A stretch of DNA of 64,000 nucleotides from Amoebidium appalachense (lineage: Eukaryota > Protista > Ichthyosporea), in NCBI GenBank assembly GCA_963693365.1, contig CAVNZM010000007.1, forward strand, positions 8,491,962 to 8,555,961, read 5' to 3'. Position numbers and translations under genes: made by a program. This document shows positions 1 through 36,232 of the stretch, piece after piece. The stretch's first letter is position 1, and every line of letters begins with the position of its first letter. Under the pieces are notes generated by a model that was not told the DNA's origin, ran no database searches, and saw only the letters and a program-made list of their open reading frames with translations.

Positions 1-219
1 GCACAAACAGACACACGTGTCACATACCCACACACGCGCACGCAAACAACACAAACACAGGCACCCACGTGCACCCATGCACACCATCAGGTGCACCCTC
101 ACACCACACATATCACGCATAAGACGGGAAAACGAACCCAAACATCCCCTTACACAATATAGCGATTGATTTAAGGGGTGGTGGTCAGCGGGCCGGGGAA
201 AATGGGTGGGTGGGTGGGT

Positions 220-255
<36 letters not shown>

Positions 256-333
256 GAGGGGGGAGGGGGGGAGGGGGGATGATGAGCAATGGCCCCCTAT
301 ATGGTTGGCTATGCTGACTTTTTTCTGCTGCAG

Positions 334-8846
<8,513 letters not shown>

Positions 8847-9465
8847 TCTTACGTAAATGGATATGTGAAGAACGACTGTATACGTTGCGGTAGCCGTGCT
8901 TAATATTATTTGTCGGGTTTGGGGGTCCCGGTAAGTTTCGAAAATGCGGCAGTATGATTGTTGGGTGTGTTTCGAACGAAGTACTCTATTTGATCAACGT
9001 TTGGCCCATTGTGAACCCTCATGCAAGCATAGCCTAAACAGTACTAGCGTGCCTCTAATCAAACCCCATGTATGCATAGTTGTCAAGATTATGCACGGAA
9101 TGCCTTGTTAGTTAGTTTGTTGTGAATGACGGGTGAGGGGAGACGAAAACACACAAAATGGGGTCTATATTTGGGCGAATTTGAAGGGTGCGCGGGTGCT
9201 TGGAGGCACACCATGAGTGATGTGCTCTTACTAATAATCATAATATATTGTATATATTGCGCAAACACTACATAATAAACACACATGTAGTGACTCAGGG
9301 CCTCCCCCCCCTCCCCCCCCTCCCCAGGCTGGCCTTTCCTTTCAATGTTAAATTCGAGAATACTAAATGTTCAATATTTGGGGCTACCTCGCCGAGGTGG
9401 GGCTTGGCTCTTGGGGGGAGGGAGGGGGGAAGAGGGCGGAGGGAGAAATCCAGAAAGAGAGAGCG

Positions 9466-10033
<568 letters not shown>

Positions 10034-10476
10034 GTCACCGTGACACAAAACACAGACACGCACTGTGTAGACGCACACACACACACACGCACACACATGT
10101 ACACACACACACGTGCACATACACACATCCCTCTCAAATCAAGGGTGTAGAAACACCATGCATTAAATTGGCACCTACGGCGTACAGTAAGTGGTGCCAA
10201 CTTGCTGAATTATTGCGGCCTCTGGCGCGCCAGCATACGTATACAGGCATAGGTCGAATTCGAAATTCTAGTACGGCGCGGTAGTGCAATGCATCCAAAT
10301 GTACAGGAAACGACGGCCGCGGCTAGATCTTCGTTTTGAGATCCGCCATGGCGGAAACCAATTTGATTGGTTAACCAACAGGGGATACAATCGGGTTCTG
10401 ATTGGGTAGATTTGCACCAGCTGTATCACCCCATACTTCGGTCTTCCCAGCATGAGCGGCCACAGGGGTATAACAG

Positions 10477-11577
10477 TTTTTTATGATGACTTTATTGATA
10501 TGCTCATGAAAGAGAAGCAAGCCGGAGATACCACAGACATCTCAGAGAAGAAAATACAAAAACCCCTACTCACGGATACGGAGGAGATAACGACTCAAAT
10601 AATCATACACCCTAGAAAACTCGTTAAACATACGGTGATAGTCAGTAGAAGTAATATCAGGATTATCTATAAGCTAGTCTTCGAATTTCTAACGGAAGAA
10701 TCTGAGATAAATAAATACATTTATCTAGATGTTTGCGAGAAAAAGGTTCTGCACAAAAGTGACACAAACATTTATGGAAACTAAGGTTACAACGCCAAAA
10801 TAAACATCTCCAAGCAATATCACACGAAGGGGTTAGGATGGCAAAATCGGCAAGTGTGGTAGGTTTACGAGAGGAAGGATGAATATAAGTAGCTAATTTA
10901 CATAACGATTGTAGAGAAAATAGACGAGTCTCTAATATAAAAAGAAGCACAGGCTCAAGAGTCCTACCATGATACTCTTTATCACAACGTTGAAGCAAAG
11001 GATATTGAGTATGAAACCAAGTAACATACTGCTGATAAAGAGGGGAAGAGAAAAATAAAGGAGACAAATATTTAAAGGAATATCTCTGAATGGGAGATAG
11101 ATTGGGTACAGGACATTTCGCACGAACATAAGAAATGGGAACATGGTCTAAAGAAGGAAAGAATTGCAACAAAGGATGATAAGAAGGAAGCCTGACCAAA
11201 TGAAAACAAAAGCGAAGGCCTAACTCATTCATACGCTGACTCGCCGGAGGGAGACCAAAAACACTCAGAAAAGGAGCCGCCAGAGGATGCCTACGCGAGG
11301 TCCGAGAGATGAACTGGATGAATTCACGCTGAAAGGAATCGGATTCCCGAAGCGCCGCGCGCTGTTGCCGGTGAGGGACACACAAGAGCTAACGGGAGGC
11401 CATATTCGAAACATGGACGAAGAAAAACTTTATAAAGAGTGAGCAGATTAGCAGGATGGACATTAGAAATACTTGCGAAAATGCCTTGATAGATGTGTAA
11501 ACGACCACGCGCACGGGAAATGCGCGAAGTTAAAAGGCGCTTAAAGCAAATACCCTTAGAGGTGAAAGGAATACCTA
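10477..11577 (-). mobile_element. 5'-truncated, frameshifted non-LTR retrotransposon (LINE) remnant
   Basis: The minus strand reads GIPF...RARGRL...LLTLYKVFLRPCFEYGLPL (end of RT plus thumb motif LYKxxxRPxxEYG). After a frameshift, ORF 10663-11385 ends in a CxxC...H...C knuckle (CHFCAEPFSRKHLDKC). The 3' end has AATAAA (10491-10496) followed by A6 (10477-10482). Confidence 0.8.
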
Positions 11578-13641
11578 CAAATAGTCATAGGACACAACTG
11601 GGATAGGTTGATTGTTCAAAGTGTAGTGTGCATGGGGAGAAAAGGTGCTGCATTTATCTATCCCAATTTTCATGAAATTTCGGAAACAAAACACCAAAAA
11701 AATATGTTGTTGTTTATGTGACATGTGGAGATGGTAACTACAACTATTAAAAAGATGACATACTTAAAATTTTGCCTGTAATATTTATTGTTTTCTTCAC
11801 AATAAGGCTTAAAGCATTGGATGCTTTTTTTTCAAGCTGAAATCTTACTTTAAGCAAATGAGGTACACACGAAACGCCCCACTCGTGTGGCCTGGGCCGG
11901 GGGGATTCAACCGCCAAAACTGTTCCCACAAACACACCTCCGAGTCTCCCTGTTTGGTCAAGGTCTTTGTGCAAGTCCGACCTGACTGTGTCACTGAGTG
12001 ATTTCTAAAGAGGATATGACAAATGTAATGTCCCTGTTGTTCCTTTTATTTTTGGTATCATTACAGAATCCACGAGCACTGTTTCTCTTCTCATCATGAC
12101 TCATGAAGGGCTGAATTAATCAGAAGTACGCTGAGCCTATAAATAGCCTGCGTTGCGTCACCGACTCTCCATATACTCCAAAGGGGTTCTGTTGTTCAAA
12201 TGAAGGGTATGTACCAAACAATTATCAATAGTAATTGTGTTCGATCGCTCTCTTTTTTGGTGCTAGTGACGCACAAATAGTGTGCAAGGATTTGCAAATT
12301 TATCAAATGTAAATGTCGGGGCTCAAACTGTATTGAGACTGAGACAGCTTTCAGCTCGATGAACTAGTTGATGGATGAGTGCTGCCCCTTCATAGCAAGC
12401 CTGAGACAGAGACGTGACGTTGAGCCCCACGATTCGGTCACGTGACGGTACGCACATCCATTCCGAATGTAAAGCGACGTCAACCTGTTCCCAACTAATT
12501 CGAGCTCTTGTCAGTGTACACTGAAAAGGGGCTATGTCTATTGTGCTGCCGTCGTGGAGGGAGGATCTACCGCTACTTATGGTAACTGTTCCTTTACAAC
12601 TTGACTATTCCCGGTTTAGATCCTGCCCCTCAGAATGACATACACTACCGGTATATTGGAGCGCCGCGAGGTCCGGGACATACATGGGGCCACTTGGAGT
12701 CTAGGGAGCCATTTAGCCTAATAAGGGGCGGCGCGCTGTAATCCATTGACCCGGAGTCGGGTATGTTACGGGGTACCTGCCGGGCACGGCGCTTTGTAAG
12801 CCTGCGTTCAAAATTATTGTAGACTTTTCAAAAGGGGGTGCACTGCACAACAGATTTTCCCACACTTAACAGACCTCTGACAAAGTGAAGGTAGGAGCTC
12901 TAAATTCTCAGATCCAGACAGATCCAGACCGGATTGGCCATGAACTCTTAATGAACCCCAAGTGCCCACAGATCGCTTTTGGCTTACATGGCTGATTGGT
13001 CGAGTTTTGATGGCGGCTTGCCTCTGAGTCTGAGAGCGAGTTTCGTCAAGTTGACAAGATACCCGTGGGCTATGTTTTCAATCAATAGGGGCAAGAAAAG
13101 CTATATAGTAAAAAAAGAAAAAAATCTAATAATTCAAATTGCTGCTCCGTGAGGATACAGAGGTAAAAGCTGGGTGACAGTGGCACAATGAAGGAGTCAC
13201 AGTGACTGACAGCGGTCTTTTCACAGGGCAAACACTGAAAATGCCAACGCACGACGGAGACGACTACCGATTGGGCAAGAATCATGTACATTCCATACTG
13301 GTTATTGTGAGGGCTAGTTTCTATAAAAATGCGGCTGGAACCTCACCGGAATCATCACAACACAGGCAGACAGACCTGTACAGTACTGTTCATACAGCTT
13401 GCACGAGTGTTGGTGGTCTAAACCCCAGCAAGCTAAGTCTGCTATACACTGTGCTTGTTATCGCTGCGAGAGGGAGTTTTCAGTTTTATGGGTGGTTTGT
13501 TTCACAGATAACGCATGTTTTTTATAGTCCGCCTAAGATTGTGTAACAAGTGCCAGAGCGATTGGCATCTGTGAAATCTAACTCTCAAGGACGGATCTGG
13601 GTTTCCTTAACGCAGCGCGTTTTTCGGGCGCCTTTGGCGCA

Positions 13642-27381
<13,740 letters not shown>

Positions 27382-28278
27382 ATTGGACAGGAGTGGCCGC
27401 AGAATTTCATGGTGTTTGTTGTAGGTTGGTCTTTTTCAATGCCAGCCTTGTGGATGGGTTCGATAAGTGGTATTTTTTCCTTCCCCAAGTATGCAGATGT
27501 AATTTTTCAAGTGTTCAGGAAGTATTGAATTGTATTTAGACAAACAGGAAGCTGGCTGGCGCTGGTAGCGCAGCATGTACAGTGATCATTTTAGGACGCC
27601 AAGCAATTGAGAGTTTCTCTCTTTTTTCCTTTTTCTCTTTCTCCCTTCCGGGCCCCAATGTTTTGTTCGATTATATATATACGAAAGATGCAATGCGGCC
27701 ACGTTTGATTCGACAATGCATGTAGTGTACATAAGTGAAATTAGTGAACGGCCCGAACAGCCGGAAATTCATATTGGACCGAAATAAACTATTGCACCTG
27801 GAGTGCACGATTATATGCATGGTGTTCACACGTACAACCTTTAAGGTACCAAAGATGGTTTTACGTGATGCCCAAATGAACGTTTGCCATTGAGTCATTC
27901 TGCCCGGCGGCCGGCCCCACTAACCTCATAAAGGAAATCGACGTCCACCCCCTCCCTAGGCCTCCCTTCCAACCCCTCCCTCCCCCTCCCCCCCCCCCCC
28001 CCCCCCCCTCCCCCTCACCAATATGAAGAGTTGTTAAAGCAACTATTGTCCGCCTCCGCCACGGCCGAGCTCTAGTAGAGCCAGTCCCGGTTTGTGCATG
28101 CGCATGATCATGTGCCGTCGGATCCGCCCAGCTCTTGAAGCCCAGTATGGTACATAATAGTGTTTCGTTCTCATTCCAAGATTGACGTCGGGATCGATGA
28201 TACACATTCAATTCCCATGTCACAGTGGGTGTTGGAGTCGGGAATGGAAAGACTAATTGGGGGCGGGGGGGGGGGGGG

Positions 28279-28319
<41 letters not shown>

Positions 28320-29755
28320 TAGGATAATTTAGATATTTTACATTTATCCTTCGAGGTGATTTTTGGCACCAGCTGGATCCGGATAGTAAGAAAGCACGCG
28401 GACAGGATCACTTTATTTAAAAAGCTTGCACTTGGTACATGGTCCCGTGGGGAAGTTTTGGACGAGCTACTGCCCCGGGCCGGCATGCAGCACTGTAGCA
28501 CAAACATATATATGCATGTACACTCTTTTTGTGGCCATAAATTGGTAAAAAATATCGTGCTTGTCATTAACATCAGCGGCCCAACACTTGCACGCCGCTG
28601 TACGTCCCCTGGCCAGCTAACACAGCAGGAGAAGAAAAACGATACTTTGGACTAGTATTAAAAAGAATAATACCTGTATTAGACCTACTATCACTAGCTA
28701 GCCGAGAGTGTCGGACTACTGCAGTAGTACTTATTTTCCACAGGTCTTTCATAAGTCGACGGTATGCTTGCGTGGATTTGGCGGGGCAACATAAAACTTT
28801 CTCATAAAAGAAAATCATCTGATTTTATGCTTTGTAAGTAGGATAAAGAGGACCAGTAACTCAAAAGCTTTGTTGCCTTTTGCAGTCGCGATTCGCCTGT
28901 CCGACAAGCATGTGGTGCCATGTGGTGGCGGCATGTGGTCTGGGTCGAAAGCTGTGATCTATTCCGTGTGACTGTTGAGTGGCTGAGAGATCACCTGGTC
29001 GTTTTTATCCAATCAAATGTAGCAAGAAAAACCCAAAAATAGCCCACATTCTTTGAACTAGATACATTATAACAGTTTTCATTGGTATATTTTCCCGCCA
29101 AATCCTTTAACGAATGTTTATTGGTCAAACGCGCACCGCCTGCAAATACCATCCTCCCGTATCGGCGAGTCCAGAGCAAACCCGGCCATCATGTGACAAC
29201 AGACTTTTGACCAGCATGGCAAGGTACATATTGCATATTCATGAGTTTTACACGCACAAACTCGTGCCCTAAACATATTCGTCCTTACATATGTAATAGC
29301 AGCTGTTTATGAATTCATCATCGATCTACAACATCTAAACAATTGCTGCTGCTAATCTGAGCACGTAGTGTAATTACTATTAGCGTACCATTATTTACCT
29401 GTGTACTCTATTCAATAGCCGGATGACCACTTAGTAGCTAGACAACTGAAGGGCCTAAGTTGAAGAGACGTAGCAGCGTACGCACCGGTACTCTAAGTAC
29501 TATATATGCAAATATATATTCATTGCAGATCATTTAAACGCGGTGCTAATTTAGTCTCTCTTTGTCTGAGGACCAAGTGCGTTTATAAACTTTTCGTCTG
29601 ACATGTCCTCGGTCCGTGCCTGCATGTGACTCAACGTATGGTGTTCTATTTCCAACTACTGTAGCCTACTACGTTTGTACCTTTAGCTGCAGAGGAAGTG
29701 CAATTTTTTTAACCATTCATGATAATATAGTCTAATAGTATGCCAAACAATCAGA

Positions 29756-31579
29756 ATGCCTCTCACTCAACCACTTCTTGGGGCCAATGCTGAGCTCGAG
29801 CCCAGTCATGCCGCCAGCGATTCCCAGCCTCCGTCTAACAGTGACAATGAAACACATACAGCACCCCCACTGGCAGGCAGCTGTGAGGCGTGGGCCATGA
29901 GGTTGCTTGCAACGGGCGCCACCGGAAAATCAGTGAACAGTGCGGAAACACAACTACCACAGGCCAACAAAAGCAACGAGCATGCACACACAGACGTAAT
30001 ATCATTAACGGGCCCGGATCCGACACAAACACTACTAGTGCCCCCTGCCCTGGCCGGGTCAAGCGCATCTTTGGTTTCACTTGCCCGCAATGAAAGCTCC
30101 GACGCGTTATTTCTGCACACTACAAGCCCAACGTCTGCTCTTTCTCCCGTGGTCAGCTCAAAGGAAAAGAACATACACAGTTATGAACATGAAGACGACG
30201 TGCACAGCCACTTAGGACACGTCGAGGGATGTGAGGGAAAAACACAACTCATTCCTGCAGGGGAGGGAAAGGCTGCGGTGGGTGGCAAATGCACGCCTTT
30301 TGGTGGAACCATGAACCTCGTTAAAGCAATGATCGGTGCGGGGATACTTGCGCTACCATATGCCAACACACAAGCAGGTTGGGGTTTGGGTGTGTTCACA
30401 CTTCTTTTCGGTGCGGTAGCAACACATGTGGGCTATGTGCTGCTTGTTCGTTGCGCTGAGTGGATGAACACCCACCCATCTTCATATGGCCTCCTATGTC
30501 AGATGACGTATCCGCGCATAGCGCCCGTTGTCGATCTACTGATTGCACTCGGGTGTTTTGGTACCGCCGTTTCATATCTCATTATTCTGGGTGACCTTTT
30601 ACCGGATGTGGCTATGGCGTTTGGGGCACAGGCAGGGTCCGTCCTCACAAACAGGCAGTTGTGGATCACGGTCGGTTTTGTGCTGCTCGTGCCCTTGTGT
30701 TGCCTGAAAACAATCGACAAACTAAGTTACACGTCGGGCGTTGCGATCGTCAGCATCATATACGTTGTCATTATTGGTGTTTTGATTCGTGCGGCACCAA
30801 GTTTGTTTTTCAGCGATTGTGGGGGAGATGTACTTGGAACCCTTGGGGCAGACGGTAGCTGCATCGCCATGACAAAAGGTAGCATTCAGGCGGTTGCATC
30901 CGGAATGGGTTTTCTGCGTGCACTACCAACATATATTTTCGCTTTTGAGGCTCACTTCATCATCTTTGACATTTATGGTAGCCTTCACAAGCCCACTATT
31001 CCAAAGATGGAAAACATGGTCGTTGCACCATCGATGGCTCTCACAACGACACTCTATGGGGTCTACGGGCTGTGCGGGTATTTTACGTTCGGCAGTATGG
31101 TCCAATCAAATGTTTTGGTTAATTATCCAGCCACTACCATCGTTACAGTTGCGCGGATAGCCATGAGTTTTGTTAAAGGCGTCACATATCCGTTATGCAC
31201 ACATGCAACACGTACAGCCGTGTTGAATTTGATTAGGGAATATCGAGCGGCTACCGGCCGGGCCAAACTTAGCGTTAAGGCGCAATCGATGGCATTCTGG
31301 GCCACCACTACCACCCTCCTTCTCGTCTCTTACCTCATTTCTTTGCTTGTGGTGGATATGGGTATAGTGATAGAGCTTGTGGGTATTCTTACGGGTGTGC
31401 CTGTAGGTTTCATTATGCCGGGGATGTTTTACTGCAGAGTGTTTGGGTCACTGAGAAAGAAGGAAAAGCCGAATCATGTGGATACGTTGGGTGAGAAGGT
31501 TTTGTATTGGTCGGGTGTTGGCCTAGTTGTGTTTGGTGTTGTGTTTTTGCCTACTGCCCTAGTGGCAATGTTTGTATAA
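29756..31579 (+). CDS. Amino-acid transporter, AAAP/Aa_trans family (AVT/SLC38-like), intronless, 607 aa
   Basis: NLVKAMIGAGILALPYA, VSYLIILGDL, FAFEAHF, GYFTFGSMVQSNVLVNYP and TYPL motifs. About 11 hydrophobic segments follow a long S/T-rich N-terminus. Confidence 0.93.
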   Translation: MPLTQPLLGANAELEPSHAASDSQPPSNSDNETHTAPPLAGSCEAWAMRLLATGATGKSVNSAETQLPQANKSNEHAHTDVISLTGPDPTQTLLVPPALAGSSASLVSLARNESSDALFLHTTSPTSALSPVVSSKEKNIHSYEHEDDVHSHLGHVEGCEGKTQLIPAGEGKAAVGGKCTPFGGTMNLVKAMIGAGILALPYANTQAGWGLGVFTLLFGAVATHVGYVLLVRCAEWMNTHPSSYGLLCQMTYPRIAPVVDLLIALGCFGTAVSYLIILGDLLPDVAMAFGAQAGSVLTNRQLWITVGFVLLVPLCCLKTIDKLSYTSGVAIVSIIYVVIIGVLIRAAPSLFFSDCGGDVLGTLGADGSCIAMTKGSIQAVASGMGFLRALPTYIFAFEAHFIIFDIYGSLHKPTIPKMENMVVAPSMALTTTLYGVYGLCGYFTFGSMVQSNVLVNYPATTIVTVARIAMSFVKGVTYPLCTHATRTAVLNLIREYRAATGRAKLSVKAQSMAFWATTTTLLLVSYLISLLVVDMGIVIELVGILTGVPVGFIMPGMFYCRVFGSLRKKEKPNHVDTLGEKVLYWSGVGLVVFGVVFLPTALVAMFV

Positions 31580-32068
31580 TTGCTAGGAAATGTGAATGTG
31601 TTGTATGTACCAAATAGTGTGGGCTTTAGGCAAGCGTGCAAGTATATTGTTATGACAATTGGTTACAGTACCTAATTCGACATGTTGTTGTGTAAGATGA
31701 AATGGGTAGCTCTCGATATGCGCTTTAGTACAGGAGCTTTCCTGAACCCGCGAGTATCCGATATACAGGCAACACTTTTAACTTAGTATTAAGCAATTCA
31801 GAAGTGTCTTCATCCCCAACTTCCACCTGTGAACACCAACTAATCAAGTGGCGCCCAGTTTGATAGTATACTGTGCTCGTTTTCTGAACTCGGAGTCGGT
31901 CCCCCCCCTCCCCCCCCCCCCCTCCCGCCCCCCTGCCCCCCCCCCCCCCCCCCCTCCCCCCCCCCCCTTCATCCATAAAGAATGCTCCCCTTTCCCCCCC
32001 CCTCTCCCCCACCAGCGCCAACACCACCCGTTTCTGAGGCTCCTCCCTCCCTTTCCCCGGCATCAAGC

Positions 32069-32103
<35 letters not shown>

Positions 32104-32455
32104 CTCTTCCCCTCTCCCCTGCTTCCTTTCCCCATTTTCAGTCTATCTATCACACAACTTCAAAGCGCATGCACACTTCGAAAGCAGGCGCACACAGAGA
32201 GACAAACAAAAGACACCCCCATACATTAAGTCTGCATGGTTTAAGCACAAGCTATGATGGTGTATTTTGAAAACAAGAGTATACTTTGTGGCATAGTAGA
32301 CTAATATAGTCACAGTGTGACACACACATACACGAGGGTGTGAGTGCTCCTGTGTGCATGCAGGTTGTGCACACACACGGAACACTCATACAACACAGTT
32401 ACACATATGCGCGCGCGCTGGGTCCACACACACGCACACACACGCACACGCACAC

Positions 32456-32522
<67 letters not shown>

Positions 32523-32593
32523 CGCGCGCGCGCGTGTACATATGCACCGTGATGATGTTGGATTTTCGAACCAAGTTATCACATCTACTTAAT

Positions 32594-32624
<31 letters not shown>

Positions 32625-32635
32625 TGCACATACAC

Positions 32636-32666
<31 letters not shown>

Positions 32667-32831
32667 AAAAAAAAAAAAGGAACCTCCGTGTTTCATCCAT
32701 GGGCATAAAAATTTGCACAGACGCACGCACTGACCACATGTGTGTATGTGTATGTGTATGTGTGTGTGTGTGTGTGTGATTTGTGTGTGTGTGTGTGTGT
32801 GTGTCAGGTGTGTGTGTGTGTGTGTGTGTGT

Positions 32832-32888
<57 letters not shown>

Positions 32889-33656
32889 GGTGTGTGTGTG
32901 TATGTGTGTGACTGTTGTGTGTGTGTGTGTGTGTGTGCGTGTGTGTGTGTGTTTGTATGTGTGTGTGTGTGTCACACAGTGTGTGTGTGTGTGCACGTGT
33001 GTGCACGTGTGTGTGTGTGTGTGTGTGTTTTCAACTGAGCAGCTTCTTGAGGTGTAATTCAGCAGTTCCGGCCTTTGAAAATTCGGAAGTTCCGGCCCAA
33101 AAAGACCGATATATTTGCTTTCCAGACTAAGCCCGTCAAGCAGACATTTAAGGGGATGTACATACTTCCGTAACCGTCCATGTTATTAGGGTCTATTCTA
33201 GCATGATTGCATAGTGTGTGGCCGTGCTGGAAAACGCAGTAAGCCACACACGCACACGAGGGGCAGTGCTCAAACGTTTCCTAAAATATAGACCGTGTAA
33301 ACCAAACCCATTGCATACTGTGTTGATCTAGCTGTATGGGGGTCCAATGCTGAACTTTCATTTAGCACCTGAGGGGGGCCTAATGCTGTGTGGCAGTGCA
33401 CGGTGGGGTTGAGGGTGATGGGGTGTATGTTGTACGATGTCAATATACATGCCGTGTAGCATGGTGGTTGCTGCTATATCTGCGTAGATGTTGTGGGTTG
33501 CACTCTGCTTTGCGGTTACACGGTGTGTCTGCATTTCAGGCTCAGGCCGATTGTGTGCCTCACAGTATGTGTGGTGTGTGTGTGTGTGTCTCTGTGTGTG
33601 TCTGTCTGTGTGTGTGTGTGTGTGTGTATGTGTGTGTGTGTGTGTGTGTGTCTGTC

Positions 33657-33687
<31 letters not shown>

Positions 33688-33717
33688 GTGCGTGCGTGTG
33701 TGTGTGCGCACGCGCGC

Positions 33718-33748
<31 letters not shown>

Positions 33749-34071
33749 TGTGGGTGGGTGGGTGGGTGGGGGGGAGAGGGGGGGGGGGGGGGGAAGGTAA
33801 ATGGGTGGATGGAAGAGTGGAAGGATGTGTTTTTTTTTTTTTTTTTGGGGGGGGGGGGGGAAGGGGGTTGTTCTACTAGGTGTTTCTTTCTGCAGGTGCC
33901 GCAGTTTGATTTCGTGGTCTGTGAGTTTGCCAATGGGGATCTGGGTGCAGTAGTGTTCCATATTGAGACTTCCATACATACCTAATGAAAAAGCGAGATA
34001 CACACCATGGAAGTGTGTGTGACCACGAGTGAGAGAGTGAGAGAGCCGGAGCGGGAGGGGAGGGGGGGGGG

Positions 34072-34234
<163 letters not shown>

Positions 34235-34293
34235 CTAGAGAGAGAGAAAGCGGACAGAGAGAGAGAGAAAGAGACTGAGAGTGAGAGAGAAAA

Positions 34294-34327
<34 letters not shown>

Positions 34328-34477
34328 TCTCTTCTTCTCTCTCTCTCTCTCTCTCTCTCACGCTCTCACACAGTTTCTCTCTCTTCCTCTGTCTCGCTCT
34401 CTCTCTCCCCCCCCCCCCCCCCCTCCCTCTCCCCCTCCCCTCCCCCTCCCTCTCCCTCCCTCCCTAGAGGCCCCTCT

Positions 34478-34528
<51 letters not shown>

Positions 34529-34928
34529 AGACTCCCTCTCCCTCTCTCTCCCTCTCGCTCTTTCTCCCTCTCCCCCTCTCTCTCTCTCATTAAATTCCCC
34601 CCCACCCCGTGGCACCCTCCTCCCTCCCTTCTAAGGAACGGGGATGGATAACTCGGGGGGGATGGGGGGGGGGGGGGGGGGGGGGGGGGGGCGGAAGGTG
34701 GGGAGCTAGGGTCGGGGGGCCCGGGCAGGGGGGGAGGGAGGAATCCCGGGGAGCTAGAGGCCGAGGGGTAGAACACCACGTCCGATATTATGATGATTGA
34801 TTGAGCTGAGCCTGCAGCTGCTGGCTCCTTGCTCTATGTAGGCCAGCGAGTCTGAGACGATGAGGCATCGATATCTTGCTCGAAGCCTTCACATCATCGG
34901 AGTGGGCGAGTGCTGGGGCAGTGAGATG

Positions 34929-34978
<50 letters not shown>

Positions 34979-36147
34979 TTGCGGAGGGGGAGGGGGGGGC
35001 CCCCCCCCCCCCCCTCCCCCCCCCCCCCCTTCCCTCCGCAAAGGCGGGGGGGGGGGGGGGGGGGGATCTTTTTGTCAACGCGACACGTCTGCATCATCAT
35101 GATCACTCTTGGAGTGAGGAGTCATGAGTGAGGAAGCCGAGGCCGGATCCGGTCATGTATACACGTGCACCCAGACGTGTACGCACTCCGGCCCTCCCGA
35201 GCCCGGTGACTCAGTCTCACCGGTACCCATGGCCACCCACCCACGGTGACCACGATTGCATAAAAAGTAAACTACCACCCATTTCAACCTACCATGTACT
35301 ATATCATGATAACGTACCCCAGGCCTTGAGCTCACATGTCTGTATGAACGGTTTACGCTGTTTACTCGACTCGGAGGCAAAGAAATATATGTTACATATG
35401 AGTCCGAAATGCGGCGCCGCGTGCTGCAGGGCCCGGCCGGCCCCGGGGCAGATGAATAACGTGACAACGTTGGGAAATTAGAGTTCGACGTCAACACGAG
35501 GTATGGTTACGTGCCAACGAGCCACCGTGTCCTGTACAGGCTGCCATGCAGTACGTTATTTTTTTCATATGGTGCGATGATATGATTATCAAATTTGGTC
35601 TCCGTGCGAACGAACTTCATGTCACATCGATAATAATGATGATTATTCATGTGCTTGAGGGTGTACGCATGTACAGACAGTGTTGTTGTTGTGTGTGTAT
35701 GTACGTGTCTGTACATGTGTGTGTGTGTGTGTGTGCGTGTGTGTGTGTGTGTGTGTGTGCGTGTGCGTGTGCGTGTGCGTGTGCGTGTGTGTGTGTGCGT
35801 GCGCATGCGTGCGTGTGTGTGTGCGCGTGTGTGTATGTATGAGCAACATGTGTGTGTGCATGTGTGTGTACACGTGCGTGTACATGCGTGTGTGTGCACA
35901 TGTGTGTGCACGTGATCTGTATGTGTGTGTTTACGTGCGTATGTGTACATGTGTGCACGTGTGTGGCATGTACAGCTGCAGCTACGTAGTATACAGCTGA
36001 GTCAGTGTGCACGTGTGTGTGTGTGGTGTGTGTGACGTGTGTGTGTGTGTGTGTGTGTGTGTACACATGTGCAGTGCAGTGTACAGTACTGCAGAGTTGT
36101 GTGTGTACGTGTGTCACGGTGCACATGTGTGTGTGTGTGTGTGTGTA

Positions 36148-36232
<85 letters not shown>

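Noticed and set aside
10452-10784. 110-aa plus-strand ORF
   Set aside because: It is antisense to the 3' end of the LINE remnant and has no recognisable motif.
11580-11748. Possible MITE at the LINE 5' junction (AATAGT...ACTATT)
   Set aside because: The inverted repeats are too degenerate to support the call.
12024-12300. Possible solo LTR (TGTAATG..., CTATAAATAG)
   Set aside because: No second copy, defined end or TSD in the window.
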